DNA of 64,000 nt from Actinomycetota bacterium (GTDB taxonomy: Bacteria > Actinomycetota > Thermoleophilia > Gaiellales > Gaiellaceae). The position numbers and the translations under genes were made by a program. Location: contig VAXO01000051.1 in the NCBI GenBank assembly GCA_005888435.1, forward strand, positions 4,587-68,586, given 5' to 3'. A model generated the notes under the pieces. It saw only the letters and a program-made list of their open reading frames with translations, searched no databases and had not been told where the DNA came from. Of this stretch, positions 22,695-30,675 are shown piece by piece (positions within the stretch are counted from its first letter, which is position 1; every line of letters starts with the position of its first letter).

Positions 22695-22865
22695 CCGCCG
22701 AAATCGGTGACTTTGTGCGGTCCGGCCACTTACCAGAAAGGGGTACTTTTTGGCTCGGAAAGCGGTTGCAGACATCCGAAGTCGTTGGTAGGGTGCCGAA
22801 CTTGTGCGGACCGGCCCCCTCCGGCACCGCGCTCGTCGTCCCCGATCTGGACAGCTGGTGACCCC
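22695..22865 (+). promoter_or_regulatory. Candidate ydaO-type (c-di-AMP) riboswitch-like leader of the NlpC/P60 gene
   Basis: Ordered boxes: CCGAAAUCGGUGA, GGGGUAC, GGGUGCCGAAC, CCCGAUCUGGACAGCU (remembered consensus CCCGAAUCCGACAGCU). Two similar halves (..GAA..C-UUGUGCGGnCCGGCC..ACC). Not verified by a covariance model. Confidence 0.4.
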
Positions 22866-23949
22866 CCGCAGGAGACGACAGGCGCAGGCATTCGCTCTCG
22901 TCGTAGGCGCGCTTTGCGTTGCCACGGCTGCGAACGCGGATCCCGGGAGCGTTGCCTCGAAGCAAGCGCAGGCCCAGCAGGTTCTCGGCCAGATCGACCA
23001 GATCGATCGCAGCCTCGGAGCGGCAGTGGAGCAGTACAACCTCGCCAACGTCCGGCTGCACAAGATCGAGGGCGACATGCGCGAGAACAAGAAACAGCTC
23101 ACGCTCGCGCGCGCGAATATGAAGATCTCGCAGAAGTCGCTAGCCAAGAGGCTCGTCAGCGCATATACGTCGACGGAGGACAACTCGACGCTGTCCCTGC
23201 TGCTCGGGTCGACGAGCTTCGAGGATCTGCTCAACCGCGTCGAGACGATCAACTCGACGTCGACCCAGGACGCGAACATCGTCCGGCAGGTACGCACGTC
23301 GAAGGTGGCGATCCAGCATCACCAGGTCGAGCTGCACAACGCCCATCAGGAGCAGCAGCGGATCGTCGCGCAGAAGTCCGCGCAGCGACAGCACATCGAG
23401 GCCCAGTTGGCGACACGCCGGCAGCTCCTGTCCTCGATCCGCGGCGAGATCCAGCGTCTGAAGACCGCCGAGGCGGCACAGCAGCGGCGCCTGGCAGCGG
23501 CCGCGCAGGTGCGCGTCGCGGGCCAGGCGGATCCTCCGCCGGTCACCGGGGTCGGCGTCGGCGCCTCGACGCCGGAGGGCTCCACAGTCGCTCCGCCGAA
23601 CGTGCACGGCGGCGTCGTCGGGGTCGCGATGCACTACCTCGGTGTGCCGTACGTCTGGGGCGGGGCCTCGCCCCGCGGCTTCGACTGCTCGGGCCTCGTG
23701 ATGTACGTCTACTCGCAGATCGGGGTCTCGCTGCCGCACAGCTCGTACGCCCAGGCCGCGATGGGGACGCCCGTGTCCATGAGCCAGCTCGAGCCGGGCG
23801 ACCTCGTGTTCTTCACAGGCGCGAGCCACGTCGGCATCTACATCGGCGGCGGCCAGTTCATCCACGCGCCTCACACGGGCGACGTCGTGAAGATCTCGTC
23901 GCTGAGCGGGTACTACTCGTCGGCGTTCTACACCGCACGACGCATCTAG
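22858..23949 (+). CDS. Secreted coiled-coil NlpC/P60 peptidoglycan endopeptidase (RipA/CwlO-like)
   Basis: GTG 22858 gives the signal peptide VTPRRRRQAQAFALVVGALCVATAANA; the ORF track starts at 22804. Catalytic YVWGGASPRGFDCSGLVMYVY...HVGIYIGGGQFIHAP. Confidence 0.88.
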   Translation: MTPRRRRQAQAFALVVGALCVATAANADPGSVASKQAQAQQVLGQIDQIDRSLGAAVEQYNLANVRLHKIEGDMRENKKQLTLARANMKISQKSLAKRLVSAYTSTEDNSTLSLLLGSTSFEDLLNRVETINSTSTQDANIVRQVRTSKVAIQHHQVELHNAHQEQQRIVAQKSAQRQHIEAQLATRRQLLSSIRGEIQRLKTAEAAQQRRLAAAAQVRVAGQADPPPVTGVGVGASTPEGSTVAPPNVHGGVVGVAMHYLGVPYVWGGASPRGFDCSGLVMYVYSQIGVSLPHSSYAQAAMGTPVSMSQLEPGDLVFFTGASHVGIYIGGGQFIHAPHTGDVVKISSLSGYYSSAFYTARRI

Positions 23950-24131
23950 CCCGCCGCACGGCGTAGCGAGATCCACAGCACCGCCGCGACCGCGAGGGGC
24001 AGGACGATCCAGGCCGACGCCCAGGTCGTCGCGAGCAGAGCGGTGAGGCCGAGCGCGAGGGCGATGCCCACGGCCACGCGCCAGTCGTCGCCGACGACGA
24101 AGTCCCACCAGAAGGCCCCAAAGCGCCTCAT
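23946..24131 (-). CDS. Small membrane protein (61 aa)
   Basis: ATGA overlap with the upstream gene. Two hydrophobic segments; high GC3. Confidence 0.55.
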   Translation of the reverse strand: MRRFGAFWWDFVVGDDWRVAVGIALALGLTALLATTWASAWIVLPLAVAAVLWISLRRAAG

Positions 24132-24862
24132 GCGAGCGCGAGCCTCCGGCGCCGCAGCGCCGTGACGTACCCGAGCGAGACGAGGATCACGAACGCCAGC
24201 ACGAACGGAAGGGCGGCGTCGTCACCCGGCCAGTCGACGCCGGCGCCCTCGGCGCCCCAGAAGGTCCCGAAGGTAGTCAGCATCACTCCCACGGCGAAGG
24301 CGAGCGTGTTCTCCGGCACGCGGCTGAGCGGGCCGCGCACGACGATGCCGGCGATGACCACGAGCACGATCGCCGCGACGGCCCCGACGATCGCGAGCGG
24401 GATGCTTCCCTGCGTGCTCCCGAACGTGAGCACGATGAACGCCACTTCGAGGCCCTCGAGCAGCACCCCCTTGAAGGAAACTGTGAAGCCGTACCAGTCG
24501 AGACCAGCGCGCTCGTCGCGCTGAGCCGCCCGTGCGGCCGCGGCCTCGCGCTCGAACACCGAGTCCTCGTCGCGCAGAGCACGCCAGCCGCTTGCGCGCA
24601 GGATCGCTTTGCGCAGCCACTGCAGGCCGAAGACGAGCAGCAACGCGCCCACGACGAGGCGGAGCACCTCGATCGGGATCACCGTCAGCGCCGGTCCGAG
24701 CGCCGCGACGATCACAGCCAGCGCGAGCGACGCCGCGAATGTGCCTGCGAGTGCCGAGCGCCAGCCGCGGGTGACACCCATCGCGAGCACGATCGTGAGC
24801 GCCTCGACACCCTCGACCGCGCTCGCCAGGAACGCGGACGCGACGAGGAAGACGTCTTTCAG
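24128..24862 (-). CDS. Integral membrane protein with internal duplication (EGVEALTIVL / EGLEVAFIVL repeats; COG4280/GDT1-like)
   Basis: Both halves align with each other. The first TM lies upstream of the first canonical start (GTG 24790), and the only start-like codon is CTG 24862 in a CTGA overlap with the upstream stop. Confidence 0.6.
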   Translation of the reverse strand: MKDVFLVASAFLASAVEGVEALTIVLAMGVTRGWRSALAGTFAASLALAVIVAALGPALTVIPIEVLRLVVGALLLVFGLQWLRKAILRASGWRALRDEDSVFEREAAAARAAQRDERAGLDWYGFTVSFKGVLLEGLEVAFIVLTFGSTQGSIPLAIVGAVAAIVLVVIAGIVVRGPLSRVPENTLAFAVGVMLTTFGTFWGAEGAGVDWPGDDAALPFVLAFVILVSLGYVTALRRRRLALA

Positions 24863-26565
24863 GAGTAGAGCGCCTCGATCTCGGCGGCGAAGTGCTCTTG
24901 ACAGACACGGCGCTTGAGCTTCAACGTGGGCGTCACCTCGCCTTCGTCGGGGCTGAAGTCCCGCGGCAGGATCGCGTAGCGCTTGATCTGCTCGAACCGG
25001 GAGAGCTCGCTGTTGACCTCTTCGACGGCGCGCTCGATCTCGTGGCGCGCCTCGTCGGGCGTCGTCTCGTCGGCGACGGTGATCAGCGCGGCGACGTACG
25101 GCCGCTTGTCCCCGACGACGAGCGCCTGTGAGATCAGCGGATGCGTCTTCAGCGCGTTCTCGAGGTTCTGCGGCGCGACGTTCTTCCCACCGGCCGTCAC
25201 GAGGATGTCCTTCTTCCGGTCGGTGATCGTGAGAAAGCCGTCCTCGTCGAGGTGGCCGAGATCGCCCGAGCGCAGCCAGCCGTCGCCCGGGAGGACTTCC
25301 CGCGTGGCCCGCTCGTCCTTGAAGTAGCCGGCGAAGTTGGTGTCCGTCTTGATCAGCACCTCGCCGTCGTCGGCGATGCGCAGCTCGACACCCGGAAGCG
25401 CCGGCCCGACGGTGCCGAAACGGAACTGGGCGGGACGGTTCACCGTTGCGGCCGTGGTGCATTCGGTCAGCCCGTAGCCCTCGAGGATGAGGATGTCGAG
25501 CGCGTGGAAGAACTCGATGATCTCCTTCGCGAGCGGCGCGCCACCCGAGATGCCGATGCGTAGGCGCCCGCCGAGGCGGTCTTTCACTTTCGAGTAGACG
25601 AGCCGGTTCGCGAGCCTATGCTGCAGCGCGAGGCCGCGCGGGAGCTCACGGCCGGCCTGGCGGAGCTCGCTCGCGCGCCGTCCTACGCGCAGCGCCCACT
25701 CGATCAGCGCGCCCTTGACCCCGCTTTCCTCGGCGAACTTCTGCGTGACGCCGGTGTGGACCTTCTCGTACACGCGCGGCACGCTCGGAAAGACGGTCGG
25801 CTTCACCGCCCGCATTGCGTCCGCGACGGCGTACGGGTCGGGGCAGAAGGCGATCGTGTAGCCGCGCCGCGCACCGCCGAGTGCCATGCAGCGCCCGAAG
25901 TTGTGCGCGAGCGGGAGGAAGAGGAGCATCACGTCGCCTTCGACCGTGAAGTCCTCGACGTCGTCGACCTTGTCGACCATCGCGTAGTAGTTGCGGTGCC
26001 TGATCATGCAGGCCTTCGGCGGCCCGGTCGTGCCCGAGGTGTAGATGTACGTGTAGAGGTCGTCCTCGCCGATCTCCGCGGCGGCGCGCTCGAGGCCATC
26101 GGGTTCGGCCCGGGCATGGTCGCGGCCGCGAGCGCGTAGCTCGTCGAGGCCGGCGAACGTCAGCACATGCTCGAGTCCGAGGCCGTCGACCTTGCGCCGT
26201 TGCTCCTCGTCCTCGCAGAGCGCGCCGACCGCCTCCGAGTGCTCGATCACGTACGCCGTGTCGCGCGCGGAGTTGTTCATGTAGATCGGCGCCGTCACGG
26301 CGCCGACGAGTGCGAGCGCGAAGTCGAACAGCACCCACTCGACGCGCGTCGACCCGAGGATCGCGAATGCGTCGCCTCTGCGGACGCCGAGCGCGAGCAG
26401 CCCGTGCGCGAGCTCGTCGACGATCTGCCCCGCCTCAGCCCACGTCACCGGGTGCCAGACGCCGTTCTCCTCGACGAGGTACGCAGGCTCGTCCGGCTGG
26501 CGGGCGACCGCGTCCCGCCAGAGCCGGGCGATCGTCCGTGTGCCCGTCGCGGTCGTCGTGGCCAC
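24859..26565 (-). CDS. Long-chain fatty-acid--CoA ligase (AMP-dependent synthetase, FadD15-like)
   Basis: YIYTSGTTGPPKA, GYGLTE, SGDLG..DEDGFLTITDRKKD. GTG 26565 preferred; the ORF track extends to TTG 26679. Confidence 0.88.
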   Translation of the reverse strand: MATTTATGTRTIARLWRDAVARQPDEPAYLVEENGVWHPVTWAEAGQIVDELAHGLLALGVRRGDAFAILGSTRVEWVLFDFALALVGAVTAPIYMNNSARDTAYVIEHSEAVGALCEDEEQRRKVDGLGLEHVLTFAGLDELRARGRDHARAEPDGLERAAAEIGEDDLYTYIYTSGTTGPPKACMIRHRNYYAMVDKVDDVEDFTVEGDVMLLFLPLAHNFGRCMALGGARRGYTIAFCPDPYAVADAMRAVKPTVFPSVPRVYEKVHTGVTQKFAEESGVKGALIEWALRVGRRASELRQAGRELPRGLALQHRLANRLVYSKVKDRLGGRLRIGISGGAPLAKEIIEFFHALDILILEGYGLTECTTAATVNRPAQFRFGTVGPALPGVELRIADDGEVLIKTDTNFAGYFKDERATREVLPGDGWLRSGDLGHLDEDGFLTITDRKKDILVTAGGKNVAPQNLENALKTHPLISQALVVGDKRPYVAALITVADETTPDEARHEIERAVEEVNSELSRFEQIKRYAILPRDFSPDEGEVTPTLKLKRRVCQEHFAAEIEALYS

Positions 26566-26693
26566 GCTCGAATCGTAGTCAGGGTGCGGTTTCCCGAACG
26601 TGAAGACACCGGAGAGCCGCCTTCCTCGAGCTGCGCCACTCCCGCAGGCTGGGACAGCTGCATCCGACACTGAATCCAAGGAGAGAGAAAAAG

Positions 26694-27257
26694 ATGATCC
26701 GCACTGGACAGAAGGTCGAGAATCCGGTCACCGGGGAGGAGCTGATCTTTCACAAGACCTCCCGCGACACCGGCGGCGAGTACGTGCTCGTCGAGACGAT
26801 CCTGCGGCCGGATGCGTTCGTCGCTGCGGCCCACTCCCACCCGTACCAGTCCGAGAGCTTCCAGGTGCTCGAGGGCCGCGTCGGCTTCAAGGCCGGTCGC
26901 AAGAAGGTCGAGCTCGGCCCCGGCGACGCCGTTACGGTGCTGCCGAGGACGGCCCACAAGTTCTGGAATGCCGGCGACGGCCCGGCACGCTTCACCTGCG
27001 AGATCCGCCCGGCGGGCGCGTTCGAGCAGCTGATCGAGACGATGTTCGGCCTCGCCGCCGACGGCAAGACCTCGAAGAAGGGCATGCCGAACCCGCTGCG
27101 GCTGGCGGTCATCGCCCGCCACCACTTCGACGACGTCCGGCTGCCGCTGATCCCGCACCTCCTCCAGCGTGCGGCGCTGGCGATGGGCGCTCCGATCGGC
27201 AAGGCGTTCGGCTACCGGGAGAAGTACGAGGCCTCGGCGGAGCCTGCCGTCGCCTAG
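26694..27257 (+). CDS. Cupin-domain protein
   Basis: AAGGAGAG Shine-Dalgarno sequence. HSHPYQSESFQVLEGRVGF...GPGDAVTVLPRTAHKFWN. Confidence 0.75.
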   Translation: MIRTGQKVENPVTGEELIFHKTSRDTGGEYVLVETILRPDAFVAAAHSHPYQSESFQVLEGRVGFKAGRKKVELGPGDAVTVLPRTAHKFWNAGDGPARFTCEIRPAGAFEQLIETMFGLAADGKTSKKGMPNPLRLAVIARHHFDDVRLPLIPHLLQRAALAMGAPIGKAFGYREKYEASAEPAVA

Positions 27258-27363
27258 AAGGAAACTCCGCCCGCTACGGCGAATGGGGCCGGTCCCTAGA
27301 GAACAACCTACGGCGGTGCCAGGTTGAAGCCTGGCACCGCGGTAACATTCAAAGGCGGGCCCC

Positions 27364-28251
27364 ATGCGCACGATCTGGAATGGATCCATCTCTTTCGGCC
27401 TGGTCAACATCCCCGTTGGCCTGGCTCTCGCGACGACGCCGAAGGCGAAGCAGTCGGACGTCAGCTTCCGCACGCTTCATCGCGAGTGTCGGACGCCGAT
27501 CCGCCAGAAGCGCTGGTGCCCCACGCACGACCGCGAGGTCGGCCCGGACGAGATCGTGAAGGGCTGGGAGGTCGCGAAGGGCGAATTCGTGATCGTCGAG
27601 GACGCCGACCTCGAGGCGATCGCGCAGCACGACGACTCGCGCTCGATCGACATCACGCGCTTCGTCGAACTCGACGACGTCGACCCCGTCTACCTCGACC
27701 GCACGTACTATCTCGCGCCGGCCACGAACCCGGCCCAGCGGCGCCCGTACGTGCTGCTGCTCGAGGCGATGAAGCAGGCCGGCATGGGCGGCATCGGCCG
27801 CTTCGTACTGCGCGGGGCCGAGTACTTCTGCCTCATCCGCCCGAAAGGCGATGCGCTCCTCCTCGAGACGCTCTTCCTCGCCGAGGACGTGCGCTCGCAG
27901 GCGGAGATCGACGAGGCGGTCTCCGGCATGGAGGTCAAGGACACCGAGCTCAAGCTGGCGCAGCAGGTGATGGAGAGCCTCGTTGCGGAGTTCGATCCGA
28001 CGGAGCTCCACAGCCAGTACCGCAGTGACCTCCGCCAGATGCTCGAGGCGAAGCTCGACGGCCAGGAGATCGCGAAGCCCGAGCCCGTTCCGGAGACGCC
28101 GGTCGTCGACCTGATGGAGGCGCTCAAGCGCAGCGTCGAGGAGGTCAAAGGCCGCAAGACCACGGCGAAAGCCGCCTCCACCAAGAAGAAAGCCGCCCCG
28201 AAGAGCGGCTCTTCCGGCGCGCGGCGCCAGCCGGCGCGCAAGTCTGCGTAA
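27364..28251 (+). CDS. ku: Ku protein (NHEJ DNA end-binding) with Lys-rich C-terminal tail
   Basis: MRTIWNGSISFGLVNIPVGLALAT...KGWEVAKGEFVIVEDADL...YYLAP. Confidence 0.92.
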   Translation: MRTIWNGSISFGLVNIPVGLALATTPKAKQSDVSFRTLHRECRTPIRQKRWCPTHDREVGPDEIVKGWEVAKGEFVIVEDADLEAIAQHDDSRSIDITRFVELDDVDPVYLDRTYYLAPATNPAQRRPYVLLLEAMKQAGMGGIGRFVLRGAEYFCLIRPKGDALLLETLFLAEDVRSQAEIDEAVSGMEVKDTELKLAQQVMESLVAEFDPTELHSQYRSDLRQMLEAKLDGQEIAKPEPVPETPVVDLMEALKRSVEEVKGRKTTAKAASTKKKAAPKSGSSGARRQPARKSA

Positions 28252-28258
28252 GTCGTCC

Positions 28259-28426
28259 CTAGTGCTTCTGGAGCACCCCTAACGCCTCGAGCTGCGCCTG
28301 GAACAGCGTCTTGTCGATCTTGCCCTGGTAGATCGGGACACCCTCCTCGAGACAGACGCGGATGACCTCCTGGCGGTCGATCCCCAGTTCTTTCGACAGC
28401 TCCTCGGGCGTGAGGTGGTTCGCCAT
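28259..28426 (-). CDS. Small helix-turn-helix-like protein (55 aa; not in ORF track)
   Basis: Own translation: MANHLTPEELSKELGIDRQEVIRVCLEEGVPIYQGKIDKTLFQAQLEALGVLQKH. GAGAGGAG Shine-Dalgarno sequence 6 nt upstream; high GC3. Confidence 0.7.
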   Translation of the reverse strand: MANHLTPEELSKELGIDRQEVIRVCLEEGVPIYQGKIDKTLFQAQLEALGVLQKH

Positions 28427-28447
28427 TGACGCTCCTCTCTGTGTACG

Positions 28448-28482
28448 AAAAAGCCCGCTTGCGCAGTGGTGCTCAGCGGGCT
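28448..28482 (-). terminator. Intrinsic terminator in the 5' leader of the 55-aa ORF
   Basis: Minus strand reads AGCCCGCU-15 nt loop-AGCGGGCU followed by UUUUCG, ending 21 nt before the start codon. Confidence 0.65.
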
Positions 28483-28550
28483 AGGTCGAACCTCCAGATG
28501 TGGGTGCCGGATTCAACGTTCCGGCCCTCCGAATCCATTCATCGCCTCTC

Positions 28551-28579
28551 AGGATAATCGGCCTTGGTGACGGACGCAA
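28551..28579 (-). promoter_or_regulatory. Sigma-70/SigA-like promoter (TTGCGT-N17-TATCCT) on minus strand
   Basis: -35 at 28579-28574 and -10 at 28556-28551, read directly. Predicted transcription start is about 28543, at or next to an ATG (28542). Confidence 0.45.
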
Positions 28580-29436
28580 AGCTGCCCGGTTTCGAGGAAC
28601 GTTTTGCCGAGGTCAGGAGCGTCCGGCTGCGCTACTTCGTCGCGGGCGAGGGCGCGCCGCTCGTCCTCGTGCACGGGCTCGGCGGGGCGGCGTCGAACTG
28701 GACCGAGCTCGCGCCGCTGCTGGCGGCGCGGCACCGGGTACTCGTCCCGGATCTGCCTGGCCACGGCGGCTCGACGGCCTTGCCCGGCGTCTCAGGACTC
28801 GAGCCGTTCGCCGACCGCGTCGCAGCGGTGGCGGAGCGAGAGGGGATGCTGCCGGCGCCTGTCGTCGGGCACTCGCTCGGCGGCATGGTCGTGCTGAGGC
28901 TCGCGCTGAGGCGCCCGGAGGCGGTCCAGGCCCTGGTCCTCGCTGGCGCGGCCGGGCTGAGCATCGGGAACGTCTGGGGGCGGCAGCTCCTCTCGATCTT
29001 CACGGCCGTCCGGCCCGGTCGGATCGCCGCCCGTTACCGGGCCTACGTCTCGCGCTCGCGCCTGCTGCGCCGTCTCGTCTTCGGGTTCGTCTCGGTCGCC
29101 GATCCGGTCGGGCTTACCGACGAGGCCGTCGAGGGGTTCCTCGCCGGACAGCTGCTGCACACGGACGTCGATAGCGCCTGGCAGGCGCTCCGTCGTGATG
29201 ACCCGCGTCAGGAGCTCGAAGCCGTCCGCAGCCCGGTGCTCGTGCTGTGGGGCGCGGAGGACGTGCAGCTGCCCCTCGACGACGCGTTCGAGTACACGCG
29301 ACGGCTGCGCGCCCGCCTGCGCGTGATCCCGGGCTGCGGCCATCTCCTCATCGGAGAGAGGCCGGACCCCTGTGCGCAAGCCATCGAGACGTTTCTACGC
29401 GACTGCGGCCTCGAAGGGCACCACCTCCGCATCTGA
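28564..29436 (+). CDS. Alpha/beta-fold hydrolase
   Basis: LVLVHGLGGAASNW...VVGHSLGGMVVLRLA...GCGHLL. Confidence 0.85.
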   Translation: MVTDAKLPGFEERFAEVRSVRLRYFVAGEGAPLVLVHGLGGAASNWTELAPLLAARHRVLVPDLPGHGGSTALPGVSGLEPFADRVAAVAEREGMLPAPVVGHSLGGMVVLRLALRRPEAVQALVLAGAAGLSIGNVWGRQLLSIFTAVRPGRIAARYRAYVSRSRLLRRLVFGFVSVADPVGLTDEAVEGFLAGQLLHTDVDSAWQALRRDDPRQELEAVRSPVLVLWGAEDVQLPLDDAFEYTRRLRARLRVIPGCGHLLIGERPDPCAQAIETFLRDCGLEGHHLRI

Positions 29437-29745
29437 CTCCGTCGCGCGCGACCCGAGGAACTCGATGCGATGCGCGACGACCTCGACGGTGCTCCGCTTC
29501 TCGTTGCCGTCTTCCCAGGTGCGGTAGCGCAGCCGGCCCTCGACCCCGACCTTGCGGCCCTTCGAGAGGTAGTCGGCGCACAGCTGCGCCTGCTGGTCCC
29601 AGGCCGCGATGCGGAAGAAGTCGGCCTCGTCCGTCTTGGACGGTCGGTCGACGGCGAGCCGGAACGTCGCGAGCCGCTTGTCCTCGCCGAACTCGCGCAG
29701 CTCGACGTCGCTCGCCAGATTTCCGATCAGGATCACGCAGTTCAT
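29395..29745 (-). CDS. ssb: Single-stranded DNA-binding protein, short paralog (116 aa)
   Basis: ATG 29745 with GGAGGTGG Shine-Dalgarno sequence. MNCVILIGNLASDVELREFG..ATFRLAV......FFRIAAWDQQAQLCADYLSKGRKVGVEGRLRYRTWED. The ORF-track N-terminus is antisense to the tRNA. Confidence 0.85.
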   Translation of the reverse strand: MNCVILIGNLASDVELREFGEDKRLATFRLAVDRPSKTDEADFFRIAAWDQQAQLCADYLSKGRKVGVEGRLRYRTWEDGNEKRSTVEVVAHRIEFLGSRATESDAEVVPFEAAVA

Positions 29746-29835
29746 GCCAGTGCCACCTCCGTTGTCGGTGATGGCAACGTAGCGGGAAAGGTGTGACGGG
29801 TTTGTGCCGAAACCGGCTACGCTGTGTGCCGCTTT

Positions 29836-29909
29836 CGGGGTGTGGCGCAGCCTGGTAGCGCGCTCCGTTCGGGTCGGAGAGGTCCCCAGTTCAAATCTGG
29901 GCACCCCGA
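29836..29909 (+). tRNA. tRNA-Pro (anticodon CGG)
   Basis: Hand-folded cloverleaf: acceptor CGGGGTG/CACCCCG, D arm GCGC-AGCCTGGTA-GCGC, anticodon arm CTCCG-TTCGGGT-CGGAG, T arm CCCAG-TTCAAAT-CTGGG, discriminator A. CCA is not encoded. Confidence 0.93.
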
Positions 29910-29913
29910 TAGA

Positions 29914-29943
29914 AGGGCCTCGCTTCGCGAGGCCCTCTTTGTT
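29914..29943 (+). terminator. Intrinsic terminator after tRNA-Pro
   Basis: AGGGCCTCGC-TTC-GCGAGGCCCT followed by CTTTGTT. Confidence 0.7.
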
Positions 29944-30087
29944 CGGGCCGCGAGTTCGCCTGAGCGCGCGGGTTGGCGGTCGCCCTACTTGGATTCGGGC
30001 GATTGGGGGTGGCAGGCCGAGCAGCGACGCTTCGCGTTCGCCCGGCTTGGTTCGCCTCCGGCTTGGGTCGCTGTTTGGGTCGTGCGT

Positions 30088-30603
30088 TTATGCAGTTGCT
30101 GTTGCTTGGACCCTCGCGCGTCGTCTTGTCGTGGCGACCGTCAGAAGTGAAATTGCGGCTGCTACGGCGGCTACGCCTATAGCCCACCAGAGACCGGTGA
30201 TGTTGTCGTCCCAGCCGATCGCTCGGTCGATGGAGAAGCGGCCGGGGCCGGTCGCGGCGACCGCTACGGCGATGGTGGCGATGGTGAGCGGGAACTCGAA
30301 TCCCCCGTTGCCGTTGAAGAAGCCTTTCGACCAGTGGACGACGGCGATCGCGTTGAGCATGACCACGGTGATGCCGAGTGCCGCGAGCGGCGTCAGAAAG
30401 CCCGCCGCGAGCAAGAGACCGCCGGCCTCACCGAGCCCGGCGAGCACGGCCAGCGCGAGGGGTGGACGGAAGCCGACGTTCTCGAAGAACCCGGCCGTGC
30501 CGCGCACGCCGCCGCCGCCGAACCACCCAAACAGCTTTTGAGCACCGTGCGCGAAGATCGTCAGTCCTCCGACGACGCGGAGCAGCAAGAGCCCATAAGC
30601 CAT
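30088..30603 (-). CDS. DoxX-family membrane protein
   Basis: LLLLRVVGGLTIFAHGAQKLFGWFGGGG..GTAGFFE..G. AAGGAGGAAGG Shine-Dalgarno sequence. Confidence 0.8.
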   Translation of the reverse strand: MAYGLLLLRVVGGLTIFAHGAQKLFGWFGGGGVRGTAGFFENVGFRPPLALAVLAGLGEAGGLLLAAGFLTPLAALGITVVMLNAIAVVHWSKGFFNGNGGFEFPLTIATIAVAVAATGPGRFSIDRAIGWDDNITGLWWAIGVAAVAAAISLLTVATTRRRARVQATATA

Positions 30604-30675
30604 CCTTCCTCCTTACTTTCGCTTTTGAAGCTTTAGGAAGTGTGCCTACCGCGTTGTTCCCTCCGCAAACCGCGG

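Noticed and set aside
22804-22857. GTG 22804 as the NlpC/P60 start.
   Set aside because: The GTG is part of the repeated CTTGTGCGG module. The encoded 18 residues precede an otherwise complete signal peptide that starts at GTG 22858. Kept only as an alternative.
27364-28251. Ku as part of a Ku-LigD NHEJ operon or a mobile/defence island.
   Set aside because: No LigD, polymerase/primase or nuclease domain gene is adjacent. The neighbours are a cupin, a small HTH-like ORF and a hydrolase. Treated as a solitary ku.
29746-29904. N-terminal 53 residues of ORF 29395-29904 ([21 protein letters not shown]...).
   Set aside because: This segment is the antisense translation of tRNA-Pro and its flank. 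The SSB OB fold starts at ATG 29745, which has a strong Shine-Dalgarno sequence.
29836-30087. Integrated element or prophage remnant at tRNA-Pro.
   Set aside because: No integrase, excisionase or direct repeat of the tRNA 3' half was seen downstream. The next genes (DoxX, MFS) look ordinary.
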